Notes under the pieces: model-generated
The model's input: the letters and a program-made list of their open reading frames with translations, nothing else
Databases searched by the model: none
Told to the model about the DNA's origin: nothing
Translations under genes and position numbers: made by a program
Shown: in pieces, positions 43,449-52,177 of the stretch
Layout: the number at the start of each line of letters is the position of its first letter
How positions within the stretch are numbered: the first letter of the stretch is position 1
IMG/VR virus record: IMGVR_UViG_3300031962_000003
Coordinates: 4,223-68,222 of that record
Length of the DNA: 64,000 nt
From: a virus
Strand: one strand, 5' to 3'

Positions 43449-44120
43449 CTAGAAGTCGGAGTTCGCACCTCCCGGCTTCGCGGCCGACTGCGTGGCCTGC
43501 TTCGCCGGGCCGGCGGCGGTCTTCGCCGGGCCCGACGGTTTCGCGGCCGCGGTGGACTTCGCCGGCCCGCCTTTCGGGTCCGCGCCCTTCGCCGGGCTTG
43601 ATGTCGCCGCGCCGTGCGGGTTCGGACCGGGTTCTGCGGGCGGGGCCCATGGATTGATGTGCTCGATCCTGGAACGAACGATGCCGTCGCGCTTGTCGTC
43701 CTGGACAACGCCCTCGAAAGTCCGGCCGGCCCAGGTGATCGAAGTCGCCTCGATCAGACTTCCGATGTCTCGGCCGAGGATGGTCGAAAGGTCTCTCTTC
43801 ACATACGGAAGAGTTTTCTTTGTGATCCACCAGACACGGTCGAGAATCGCTCCTTTTGTGATGTGTGGTTCTCCGGTCTTCGCGTTTAGGACGGATTCAG
43901 GCTCCAGAATCTCACAGAAGAGCTTGAAGCCTTTCGTGCCGGTATTCGCGACGATGACTTCATTGTCCACGAGGACACCGTCCTCCTTCAGATCCACGGA
44001 CGTCAGGACGAACTTGTACGTCTCCTCGGGTACACGACCTGGCGTTGCCCCCGGTTCCGCCTTCTCCGTGTTCTTGAAGTCGTCCTCGAATTCACCGAAC
44101 GGGTTGTCGGGATGCGTCAT
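43449..44120 (-). CDS. putative single-stranded DNA-binding protein
   Basis: VPEETY OB-like core, long Ala/Pro linker, terminal DF; sits between the Sak4-like gene and the primase. Confidence 0.6.
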   Translation of the reverse strand: MTHPDNPFGEFEDDFKNTEKAEPGATPGRVPEETYKFVLTSVDLKEDGVLVDNEVIVANTGTKGFKLFCEILEPESVLNAKTGEPHITKGAILDRVWWITKKTLPYVKRDLSTILGRDIGSLIEATSITWAGRTFEGVVQDDKRDGIVRSRIEHINPWAPPAEPGPNPHGAATSSPAKGADPKGGPAKSTAAAKPSGPAKTAAGPAKQATQSAAKPGGANSDF

Positions 44121-44198
44121 GATCGATCTCCTTCACTCTTTACAAACAAACCATACAAAAATGAACGTTCCGGTACAACTCCCTCACCCCAGAGCCAG

Positions 44199-45440
44199 TT
44201 ACTCTCGTTCCCACTTCAGGACGTTCGCGCGTACCTCCTCCTCCGTCGTACCCCCCGGGGTCGCGATGTAAACGGTTCCCTGGCCGTCGCGATCCATGAA
44301 GGCCAGCCCGGACAGGACCTTTCCGAACTCCGCGTACAGGAAGTCGACCTGCGGCTTCCGGAGCTCCTTGGTCGACTCGACGTCGTACATGCTCCGGATC
44401 AGGGACTTCCCCTCGGCGGCGCTCACGTACGGATGGGCGTGCCCGTTCTCCCGACAGTTCTGCCGCCGGCACTTCTTGCTCGGGTCCGGCCAGCGGATCT
44501 CGCCCCAGCGGGTCATTAGGACCTTCCGGTCCTCCTGCGTCGCCTCCGGCTGAGAGTCGTCCGGCTTGACGAGACCGAAGAACTGGCCTAGCTCCTCGAC
44601 GTTCTCCTCCGGCGACGCAGGGTTCGGCAGCGGTCCGGCCGGAGGATCCTCCGGGGCTCCCGGCGTGACCGCGAGCGCCGCGTCGGCGGCCTGGACCTCG
44701 GCCTCTGCGTCGGTCTGCGGCACGGCCGCGCCCTGGGAGACCTCCGCGCTGATCGGCTCGAACATCGCCGCGTACATGCGCTTCCCGGTGATGTCGTGGA
44801 CGGAGTACTTCGGCAGCTTCTCGTGCCGCGTCCCGTCGATCCGAACGAAGTGCTGCGAGAGCTGCTTCTTCTTGTTGTCCTCGGTGTACATGTACAGGAT
44901 GAAGTCGAACAGGTAGGCGGTCTGCCGGTCCGTGTCCATGAGCATGTTCCCGGTCCGCTTCCGGACGTCCTGACCCTGGTCGTTCTTCGTCTCCTCGAAC
45001 TCGTCCTTCTCGCGCGTGACCAGGACGACGTTCAGGTCGAGCCGGAGCAGCAGGTTCAGGAAGGCCTTCCAGCGCCGCTTGATGATCCCCCAGTCGCCCT
45101 GGTTGAGCGGCGCGTTCGAGCCGGACTTGTTCTGACGCCAGGCCGAGACCTCGGCGATCAGGTCGTCGTAGATGGTCGAGATGTCGTCGATGACCAGGCT
45201 CTCGATGCCGCTCTTCGCGGCGTTCCGCTGGAGCCACTCGATCGGAGCCTGTATCTCCTTCCAGGTCGTCGCGTGGAAGACGTCGAAGTCATACTTCTGG
45301 TCGTACAGGTCCGTCCCCCGGTGCGTGTCGATCACGGCCGGCTTCGGGAAGCTGAGCGCCGCCCGAGTCTTCCCGGTCTTCCACTTTCCGAACAGGGCGA
45401 CCTTGAAGTGCCGGCGGACCCGCTGGGCTTTTTGGAACAT
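44199..45440 (-). CDS. AAA_24/Sak4-like ATPase (recombination/annealing)
   Basis: Walker A GKWKTGKT, IDTHRG, LVIDDIS, DWG, VVLVTRE, YLFD. Confidence 0.8.
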   Translation of the reverse strand: MFQKAQRVRRHFKVALFGKWKTGKTRAALSFPKPAVIDTHRGTDLYDQKYDFDVFHATTWKEIQAPIEWLQRNAAKSGIESLVIDDISTIYDDLIAEVSAWRQNKSGSNAPLNQGDWGIIKRRWKAFLNLLLRLDLNVVLVTREKDEFEETKNDQGQDVRKRTGNMLMDTDRQTAYLFDFILYMYTEDNKKKQLSQHFVRIDGTRHEKLPKYSVHDITGKRMYAAMFEPISAEVSQGAAVPQTDAEAEVQAADAALAVTPGAPEDPPAGPLPNPASPEENVEELGQFFGLVKPDDSQPEATQEDRKVLMTRWGEIRWPDPSKKCRRQNCRENGHAHPYVSAAEGKSLIRSMYDVESTKELRKPQVDFLYAEFGKVLSGLAFMDRDGQGTVYIATPGGTTEEEVRANVLKWERE

Positions 45441-45611
45441 CTGTTTCTCCTTCTTTCTTCTCCATTTCCTCGGTGAACCGTCTCTTACACTTTTTGCACA
45501 TCTCCTTCGAGACGTTGATCTTCGCGACGTGCTCGCCGGGCGGAAGCGTCCGGTCGGAGTCCAGGCCGGTGCAGCGCCCGCACCAGCCGCAGACGTGGAC
45601 GACCGGGAAGC

Positions 45612-46301
45612 TCACCGCCGCACCTGCTCTCTCGAATCAAATATCGATTTTATGGCTGGGCCTAAAACAGTAACCATTTCTTCGTAAGTGAATTCGTCGC
45701 GTTTTACGTAGTTGCACGTCGGGCAGCATGGAGCGACGTTTCCTATCGAGTATCCTTTTGAGTTATCTTTTCGATCTAAACCAACTCCATTTTCAGACCT
45801 TGGGCCACCACAATATTCACACGGAAGTTTTCTTAATTCCTTCCACTCGCTTATGGTGATTGACCACTCCCTTTTAGAGCGTCTAGCGATTGAAACGGCG
45901 GTTGCGTATCCGTAGGAACCTCTATGTGATGGGTGACGGTCCTCTGTTTGGTATTTATCGGAACATGGTTTAGAGCAGAATACGAGCCCCCTTTTTAGGT
46001 TTTTTCTTCTGTTGTGTGTCAGCCTGAATTGATTTCCGCAGTTAGCGCAGTTCCTAAGGAGCTTATCTCCTTTCCAGTTCCAGTGTTTTTTTCCTCTAAC
46101 TCGAATTGAAACTTTACTTCCAAATCCTTCTGGCATCCTCCATCCACCAACTCCACTTCTATTTTTCGATGTGTTTTCTTTATTCAGCCAGTACCAAAAG
46201 GTTGATAGAGATAGGCTTAGTTGAGAGCATATTTCTCGGATCTTGAGTTTTCCGTCTTTGTATAGACGTATTGCCTCAGATCTTTTTTTTGTATTAGTCA
46301 T
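45612..46301 (-). CDS. HNH endonuclease with N-terminal HTH and Zn domains
   Basis: ATG overlaps the helicase end; HWNWKG, CEYCG...GLDRKDNSKGY...NVAPCCPTCN; AT-rich insert. Confidence 0.8.
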   Translation of the reverse strand: MTNTKKRSEAIRLYKDGKLKIREICSQLSLSLSTFWYWLNKENTSKNRSGVGGWRMPEGFGSKVSIRVRGKKHWNWKGDKLLRNCANCGNQFRLTHNRRKNLKRGLVFCSKPCSDKYQTEDRHPSHRGSYGYATAVSIARRSKREWSITISEWKELRKLPCEYCGGPRSENGVGLDRKDNSKGYSIGNVAPCCPTCNYVKRDEFTYEEMVTVLGPAIKSIFDSREQVRR

Positions 46302-48465
46302 GCCGAATTTCCTTTGGAACTCCAGGGCGTAGAGCCTCCTTAAACCAATCTGGGAGCATATTTCCATTTTTCCATAGGAAAGCTTCAAATCCAGAATCCA
46401 AAATGTATGTGATTGCCCAGTCTGTTTTTGACCGAATTGAACGTCCGTAGCTTTGAACAATTTTCAGTCCGGTTAACCAGCTAAACCATTGGGCGTCCCT
46501 TTTCATCCGTTCGGCGATGATCCGGTCCTTCATGTTCGGCCAGGGGACCTTGGCGATAATCTGGAAGCGGGAGAGGTCGCCCTTCAGGTCCAGACCCTCG
46601 TGCATCGCCGGCGCGACGATCACGGAGTCGGACCGGCGCGCGTGCTCAGCGAGCATGTCGTCCTTCGAGTCGAAGTGCTCCTGGAAGAGGAACCGGTCGG
46701 TCTGAATCTCCTGGAAGAGCAGCTTGGACAGCGAGAACGAATGGCAGTGGATGATCCCGCGCTGGCCGGCGTGGCGGTCGATGATCTCCTGGACCCGAGT
46801 GAGGAACTTCGGCTGGGTTGGATCCCGTGGATTCTGCTCCTCGGTGAAGTACTTGTAGCCCATGTTCCCGGCGTAGGATTTGTAGATCGGACGGTTCTCG
46901 ACCGGGAAGTCGCAGGGGGTCACCACGAGCTCGACCTCGTCGCGGGTGATGCCGAGGTTCCGGGACCACACGTCGATGTCCAGGATGGTCGCGGACATGA
47001 AGATGACCCGGTCGGCGTGCTTGAAGAGCAGGTCCTTCGCGAAGTCCTTCGCGTAGAGAGGCCGGGCCACGATCTTCTTCCGCTCGTCGTCGGTCCGCTT
47101 ATCGTTGTACTTGACGACCTCCAGAACCCACTCGGTCTTGTCCAGGAACGCCAGGAAATTGGCGAGCTTCCCGTCGAGCTCCTTGAGCGCGTCGGTCTCG
47201 GCCTGCGTCAGGTCCTCCGGGACGTCGTCGGAGGCCTGATCAACATCTTTCAGGCGCTTGGCGATCTTCGCCAGGATGTCCGTGTCGCGCATCCACACGA
47301 CGAAGGCCTCCTTCGTGAAGATCTCGCGGTCGATCCGGACGTCGATGATCGAGAGCGTCCACTCCGTGAGCTCCATCGAGACGTAGTTCACGAGCTGCGT
47401 CTCGACGTTGTGGGCCTCGTCGATGATCATGAGAGCGCGGTGCGCGAACCGGCCGATCCGCTGCTGGAAGAGGAACGACGAGAAGTTGAACAGCGAGATC
47501 GCGGAGTCGTGGCACTTCTGGAGCTGCTCCCAGTACGGGCAGCGGTGGCAGGTGGACGGCAGCGCGAGGGCCACGGCCGCCTGGACCGGCGTCGCGTCGA
47601 ACGTGGCGGCGATCGACTCGGCGTCGTCGGAGAGGCACTCGACCAGGATCCCCTTGTTCTTCCGCCGGCACTCGCCGTCCGCGGCGTGCTGGCCGTCCGA
47701 GGCCTCGGGGTGCGTGCAGGCGTAGTTCGCCCGGCCCTTGAGCGGCTCGATGTCCGGCGCGGGGTACTCGGCCGTGTACTGGTCCTGCAGGATCTTCTGC
47801 GAGGTGAGCATGAAGGTCTTCTGTCCGATCGACCGGAGCGCGTTCGCGACGGTCTTGCAGGCGTCGGTCTTGCCCGCTCCGGTCGGCATCTCGCCGACCA
47901 CGAATCTCTTGCCGGCGGCGAACGCAGCTGCGGCCTTCTCGAGGAAGGTGATCTGCTGTGGCCGGGGCGTCTTGCCGGGCGTGAAGTTCGCGATCAGCTG
48001 CTCGGCCGTGAAGGGCCAGGGGGAGAGCGCCTGCGGCGCGGCCTCCACCCTGGCGCTTCGACTCCCTTCGGTCGCACGTTGGGCTTCGCGGTTTGTCCCC
48101 GGTGCTCCCTTCACGGCCTTGCTCTGGAGAGGTTCGGTTTGCTCTGGTCTGGGCTCGAAGTCGATGACGCTGAGCTCGTACTCCGGCTGCGCCGACGCCG
48201 GCTTCTCGTAGTTGGTCGGCCCGCCCTGGACCGACAGGTTCGAGTAGTTGAATCCGAGGCCGGCGAGCTGCTTGGTGTACTTCTCGAGCAGCCGGTGCAG
48301 CGTATCGGCCTGCTTCCGGCTGATGAACTCCTGGTTCTCGAAGATCCGGCGGACGAACGGGGCGTCGACGCCGTTGTAGCCGTGGTCGTCGCGGCTCACC
48401 GCGCCGTCGCAGACCTCGAGCAGCGCCCGAGCGGCCTCGACGACAGTCCTTCTGGCCGTACCCAT
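46294..48465 (-). CDS. XPD/DinG (Rad3)-family SF2 helicase with Fe-S cysteines
   Basis: PRPQQ, PTGAGKT, KGRANYAC...CPY, DEAH, MSAT, EGLD, QSYGRSIR..D; SD GGAGG at ATG 48465. Confidence 0.9.
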   Translation of the reverse strand: MGTARRTVVEAARALLEVCDGAVSRDDHGYNGVDAPFVRRIFENQEFISRKQADTLHRLLEKYTKQLAGLGFNYSNLSVQGGPTNYEKPASAQPEYELSVIDFEPRPEQTEPLQSKAVKGAPGTNREAQRATEGSRSARVEAAPQALSPWPFTAEQLIANFTPGKTPRPQQITFLEKAAAAFAAGKRFVVGEMPTGAGKTDACKTVANALRSIGQKTFMLTSQKILQDQYTAEYPAPDIEPLKGRANYACTHPEASDGQHAADGECRRKNKGILVECLSDDAESIAATFDATPVQAAVALALPSTCHRCPYWEQLQKCHDSAISLFNFSSFLFQQRIGRFAHRALMIIDEAHNVETQLVNYVSMELTEWTLSIIDVRIDREIFTKEAFVVWMRDTDILAKIAKRLKDVDQASDDVPEDLTQAETDALKELDGKLANFLAFLDKTEWVLEVVKYNDKRTDDERKKIVARPLYAKDFAKDLLFKHADRVIFMSATILDIDVWSRNLGITRDEVELVVTPCDFPVENRPIYKSYAGNMGYKYFTEEQNPRDPTQPKFLTRVQEIIDRHAGQRGIIHCHSFSLSKLLFQEIQTDRFLFQEHFDSKDDMLAEHARRSDSVIVAPAMHEGLDLKGDLSRFQIIAKVPWPNMKDRIIAERMKRDAQWFSWLTGLKIVQSYGRSIRSKTDWAITYILDSGFEAFLWKNGNMLPDWFKEALRPGVPKEIRHD

Positions 48466-48664
48466 GGGCCCTCCTACACTTCTCTCCGAACGACCCGGCC
48501 GACGGGGGTTCCTCCCACCCCGCCGGTCAGGCGAACCGCTCTGAGTCTGGCACCGCTTCACCCGCTGCCCGCAGGCGATTGTGCTGATCGACCACAAGGC
48601 GTGGACTGACGGTGCCAGACACAGAGGGATTCGGGAACTTCGACAGGTCGATCAGCACGTAGGG

Positions 48665-48692
48665 AGTATAGCGCTCTCTGTCTAATTGTCAA
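48665..48692 (-). promoter_or_regulatory. sigma70-type promoter of the early arm (divergence point)
   Basis: TTGACA-N16-TATACT on the - strand; an AT-rich TATAAT at 48717-48722 may serve the + arm. Confidence 0.65.
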
Positions 48693-48734
48693 GCATCCCT
48701 TGCTTTTTTCCTAATATATAATAACCTACAGGGG

Positions 48735-48974
48735 ATGGCTAAGCCGAAGGACCTCGACAAGGAGTTCACCTGCCCGCTCTCGGACGTCCGGACGATCGAC
48801 ATGGCGACCGGCCAGGCGATCCGGTTCGAGCGGCACAAGGCGCTCGGGCGGATCTGCAACGGCGGCCAGTCGATCCACCTCCGGTGCGGCCTCCACCAGT
48901 TCACGGGCTTCATCAACGACTTGAAGATAATCGAGGGAATCCTGCATGAGTCGCAATCCGCGCCGTCCAGCTGA
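48735..48974 (+). CDS. small Zn-binding protein
   Basis: CPL...CNGGQSIHLRCGLH. Confidence 0.5.
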   Translation: MAKPKDLDKEFTCPLSDVRTIDMATGQAIRFERHKALGRICNGGQSIHLRCGLHQFTGFINDLKIIEGILHESQSAPSS

Positions 48975-50859
48975 CACCGCAGGCGATCCGTCGGATCCGA
49001 AGGATCCGGCCGTATCCACGGCCACGGAGACTCCCGGAAACGGCAAGACTGGGGACGTCCAGGCGGACGTCCGCCTGCGCGGCTCCGTCAAGGACGTCGC
49101 GGAGCGTCTCTCCGGCGGCCGCCAGGCCGAGCCACGGGAGCCGGAGGCGGACCGCGAGCAGAGCGAGGAGATCGCCCGGATCACGAAGCTGCTCGCTGAC
49201 CCGAAGAACATGCTCACGGTCCAGCGGATCTACCCGACCCGCTGGGCCGGCCAGAAGGTCGACCACAAGGTCCCGGGCCGCTGGCAGTGCCCGCAGATCC
49301 TCGACCGTCTCTGCGAGGAGGTCTTCGACCGTTTCGGCGCGAAGACCTTCAAGGTCACGATCCATCCGAACGTTCCCAACGGCGAACTGAAGATGATCGA
49401 CGCCTTCACGATCGAGAACGACCAGGAGGACGAGCCGCTCTGGGAGGGACAGCGGATCGGCGCGCCGACCGCCGCCGGGACGCCGACCTACGACCCGCGG
49501 ACCGGACTCGTGACCGGCACGACCGACCCGACCATGAAGCTCGACGACTCGCCGCTCGCGATCGCGAAGGCGGCGATCAAGCGGAAGGTCGAGATGGCGA
49601 AGGACAAGGCCGAGCTCCTCGAGGCCCAGCAGGCCCTCGCCCAGCTCGAGGAGATGGACGCCGCCACGAAGAAGAAGGCTGAGCAGCCGGCGTCTGAGGA
49701 GGTCCTGGAGCTCCGCCGGCAGCTGGCCGAGCGGGACCGGACCGAACGCGAGAAGTCGAAGGAGGACCGCTGGGAGAGCCGGATGGAGAAGCTCGAGAAC
49801 CTGGTCCTCAAGCTCGTCGACAAGCCGGCGACCCCGCCGGCGCAGGACAACTCGCTCCTGACGGCGCTGATCACCTCCGCCGACAACAAGTTCAACGCGC
49901 TTATGACGGCGCTCGTGCCGGCCCTGACCGGCGGGAACCGAAAGGGCACCGACGAAGACGCTATGCTCGACAAGTTGTCGAAGTACAAGAGCCTCTTCGG
50001 GGAAAACAGCTCGAAGTCTGCAAAGCTCGAAGACATGATGTTCGAGCTGATGATGGACCGTATTTCTAGCGGCGACAGTCGCCGAGGCGGCGGCGAGATG
50101 TCCGACGAGGACACGATCCGCTTCGCCATCAAGGAGATGGTCCCGCTCGCGAAGACCTGGATCGAGAAGAAGTTCGAGACCGACGGGACGACGAAGGGGA
50201 TGACTCCTCAGGAGGCTGCGAAGGCCGTCCAGGAGGAAGCGATCAAGATGACGAAGGCGACCATCGAGAACTGGACGAAGCAAGGCTGGCTCTTCAAGCC
50301 GGGCGCGCCCGGGGCCGCCCCGGCCCTGCCGGGACCGGCGAAGCAGCCGGCTCTGCCCCCGCCGGCCACGAAGCCCGCCGCCCCGGCCGCCCGGGTCGCG
50401 ACGGCCGACGGCGTCGTCAACGCGCCGACGGCACAGCAGCAGCCGCCGGCCCCCGTCCAGCCACAGCCCGCTTCGCCGTCCGCGAAGACCCAGGCACAGG
50501 AGGAGAGCATGGACGTCCCGCCCGGACCGACCGCCCGCGGCTACGACCGCCGCAAGGCCGTCGACTTCATCGTCAAGGTCGCGATCGAGGACATCGAGCG
50601 CGGCTGCCCGCCGGACACGTTCATCGTCGGCGACATCCTCGACCGCCTCGACGACGAGATCCTCGACCAGTTCCTGAAGGTCACGAACGGCCAGGAGCTC
50701 GAGGCCCTGCTCGCGCCGCACGCGACCCCTGAGCTCCTAGAGAAGATGAAGGTCATCGGGAACACTCCGGAGGCGAAGCAGTGGCTGACCAGAGTCCTTG
50801 TAACCGCGCAAGATACTTTCCGTCAGGAGTTAGAAGAGGAAAAATCAAAAGGAACTTAG
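48946..50859 (+). CDS. large coiled-coil/Pro-Ala linker protein of unknown function
   Basis: 637 aa, GC3-rich, central heptads, PA-rich linker, helical C-domain. Confidence 0.7.
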   Translation: MSRNPRRPADTAGDPSDPKDPAVSTATETPGNGKTGDVQADVRLRGSVKDVAERLSGGRQAEPREPEADREQSEEIARITKLLADPKNMLTVQRIYPTRWAGQKVDHKVPGRWQCPQILDRLCEEVFDRFGAKTFKVTIHPNVPNGELKMIDAFTIENDQEDEPLWEGQRIGAPTAAGTPTYDPRTGLVTGTTDPTMKLDDSPLAIAKAAIKRKVEMAKDKAELLEAQQALAQLEEMDAATKKKAEQPASEEVLELRRQLAERDRTEREKSKEDRWESRMEKLENLVLKLVDKPATPPAQDNSLLTALITSADNKFNALMTALVPALTGGNRKGTDEDAMLDKLSKYKSLFGENSSKSAKLEDMMFELMMDRISSGDSRRGGGEMSDEDTIRFAIKEMVPLAKTWIEKKFETDGTTKGMTPQEAAKAVQEEAIKMTKATIENWTKQGWLFKPGAPGAAPALPGPAKQPALPPPATKPAAPAARVATADGVVNAPTAQQQPPAPVQPQPASPSAKTQAQEESMDVPPGPTARGYDRRKAVDFIVKVAIEDIERGCPPDTFIVGDILDRLDDEILDQFLKVTNGQELEALLAPHATPELLEKMKVIGNTPEAKQWLTRVLVTAQDTFRQELEEEKSKGT

Positions 50860-50861
50860 AA

Positions 50862-51506
50862 GTGATCGACCTCTCCGGAAAAGTGTTTGGACATTGGACT
50901 GTCGAAACCTTTTCTCACGTCTCTAACAAATCAAGGCGCTGGATCTGCGTGTGTTCCTGCGGAAAAATGAAGTTCGTCATAGAATCGAATCTAGTTCTCG
51001 GAAGAACAAAGTCGTGCGGTTGTTTCCGTGATAAAGCCTCCTCTATCAGAAATCGTAGACACGGAGACTCGTGCGGAGGAAAAGTCACACCGGAATACCA
51101 GACGTGGCAGCACATGCTCACTCGTTGCAGGAGAAAGACGTCCCCCGACTACAAAAACTACGGAGGTCGTGGGATCACAGTGTGTGACCGGTGGATGTCT
51201 TTTGAAAACTTTCTTTCGGACATGGGTCGTAGGCCTCCAGGAAAAACTCTCGAGAGACAAAATAATGAACTAGGTTACGGCCCGGACAACTGTGTATGGG
51301 CGACCCGTGCCGAGCAGAGTAGGAATAAACGAAGCAGCAGAATTCTAGAGTTCCGTGGGGACAGAAAGACGATCACCGAGTGGTCGAGAACTCTCGGGGT
51401 ACACCAAGGAACTCTCTCTGCCAGACTTAATCGTTACGGATGGTCCGTTGAACGCGCTCTATCAGAGCCTATAAACGGGACATCCAAACCATCACTCGCT
51501 CAGTAA
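50862..51506 (+). CDS. HNH-family homing endonuclease-like protein
   Basis: DLSGKVFGHWTV...WICVCSCG...KSCGC...EYQTW..M..RC...YGGRGI.VCDRW...NCVWAT; AT-richer. Confidence 0.85.
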   Translation: MIDLSGKVFGHWTVETFSHVSNKSRRWICVCSCGKMKFVIESNLVLGRTKSCGCFRDKASSIRNRRHGDSCGGKVTPEYQTWQHMLTRCRRKTSPDYKNYGGRGITVCDRWMSFENFLSDMGRRPPGKTLERQNNELGYGPDNCVWATRAEQSRNKRSSRILEFRGDRKTITEWSRTLGVHQGTLSARLNRYGWSVERALSEPINGTSKPSLAQ

Positions 51507-51511
51507 CACCT

Positions 51512-51805
51512 ATGAGTGTCGAAGGACAGGAGCAACCTCCTCCGGAGAAGTTTCTCGCGTTCATGCATGTCTTCGAGCAGTACCTCGGACAGACCGCACG
51601 GTTCGCCGAGATCAGCGAGAAACTCTTCGTCGCGATCACGCACCCGAAGGACGGTCTGATCGCGACGCTCGACGACGTTACCGAGTCGATGGATCACGCC
51701 GCCGCGGAGTGGCGGGCGCTCCGGGAGGATCTCCGGACGGCGGCCCGCCAGCGCGGGCTCGAGTACATCTTCGACACGCTCAAGCCGATGACTCGGCGAC
51801 GCTGA
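51512..51805 (+). CDS. hypothetical helical protein
   Basis: GC3-rich ORF. Confidence 0.55.
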   Translation: MSVEGQEQPPPEKFLAFMHVFEQYLGQTARFAEISEKLFVAITHPKDGLIATLDDVTESMDHAAAEWRALREDLRTAARQRGLEYIFDTLKPMTRRR

Positions 51806-51826
51806 AAACTATTTCACCGAAAGCGC

Positions 51827-51855
51827 TTGACAGTGTTCGGGCAAGGGCATACGAT
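51827..51855 (+). promoter_or_regulatory. sigma70-type promoter of the morphogenesis module
   Basis: TTGACA-N17-TACGAT. Confidence 0.75.
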
Positions 51856-51934
51856 TCATTCTGTAACGAGCTGTCACGCTCATAGACCTCGGGCCGCCGC
51901 GCCCACGCCGTCCTCGAACAGGACTGAAACGGTC

Positions 51935-52126
51935 ATGTCGGAAACGAAGAGGTCAGACGACCGAGGCGTGGCAGAACAAGAGGCACGGTGTCCGAAGTGT
52001 GGTTACTTCATCTGCGAACGGATCTTCGGACATGGCGAATCCGGCCTCAAATTCATCTGCAAGCGCTGCAAGGCGCGCCTCCTCGTCAAGATCTCTGAGT
52101 CCTCCCTGACGGTAGGGCAGATCTAG
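51935..52126 (+). CDS. Mu Com-like Zn-ribbon protein
   Basis: RCPKCGYFI...LKFICKRCKA. Confidence 0.55.
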   Translation: MSETKRSDDRGVAEQEARCPKCGYFICERIFGHGESGLKFICKRCKARLLVKISESSLTVGQI

Positions 52127-52177
52127 CGGGCCCGCACGGCCCCGACGCCCACGCGGTCCTCGCATCGAGGGTCTGCC

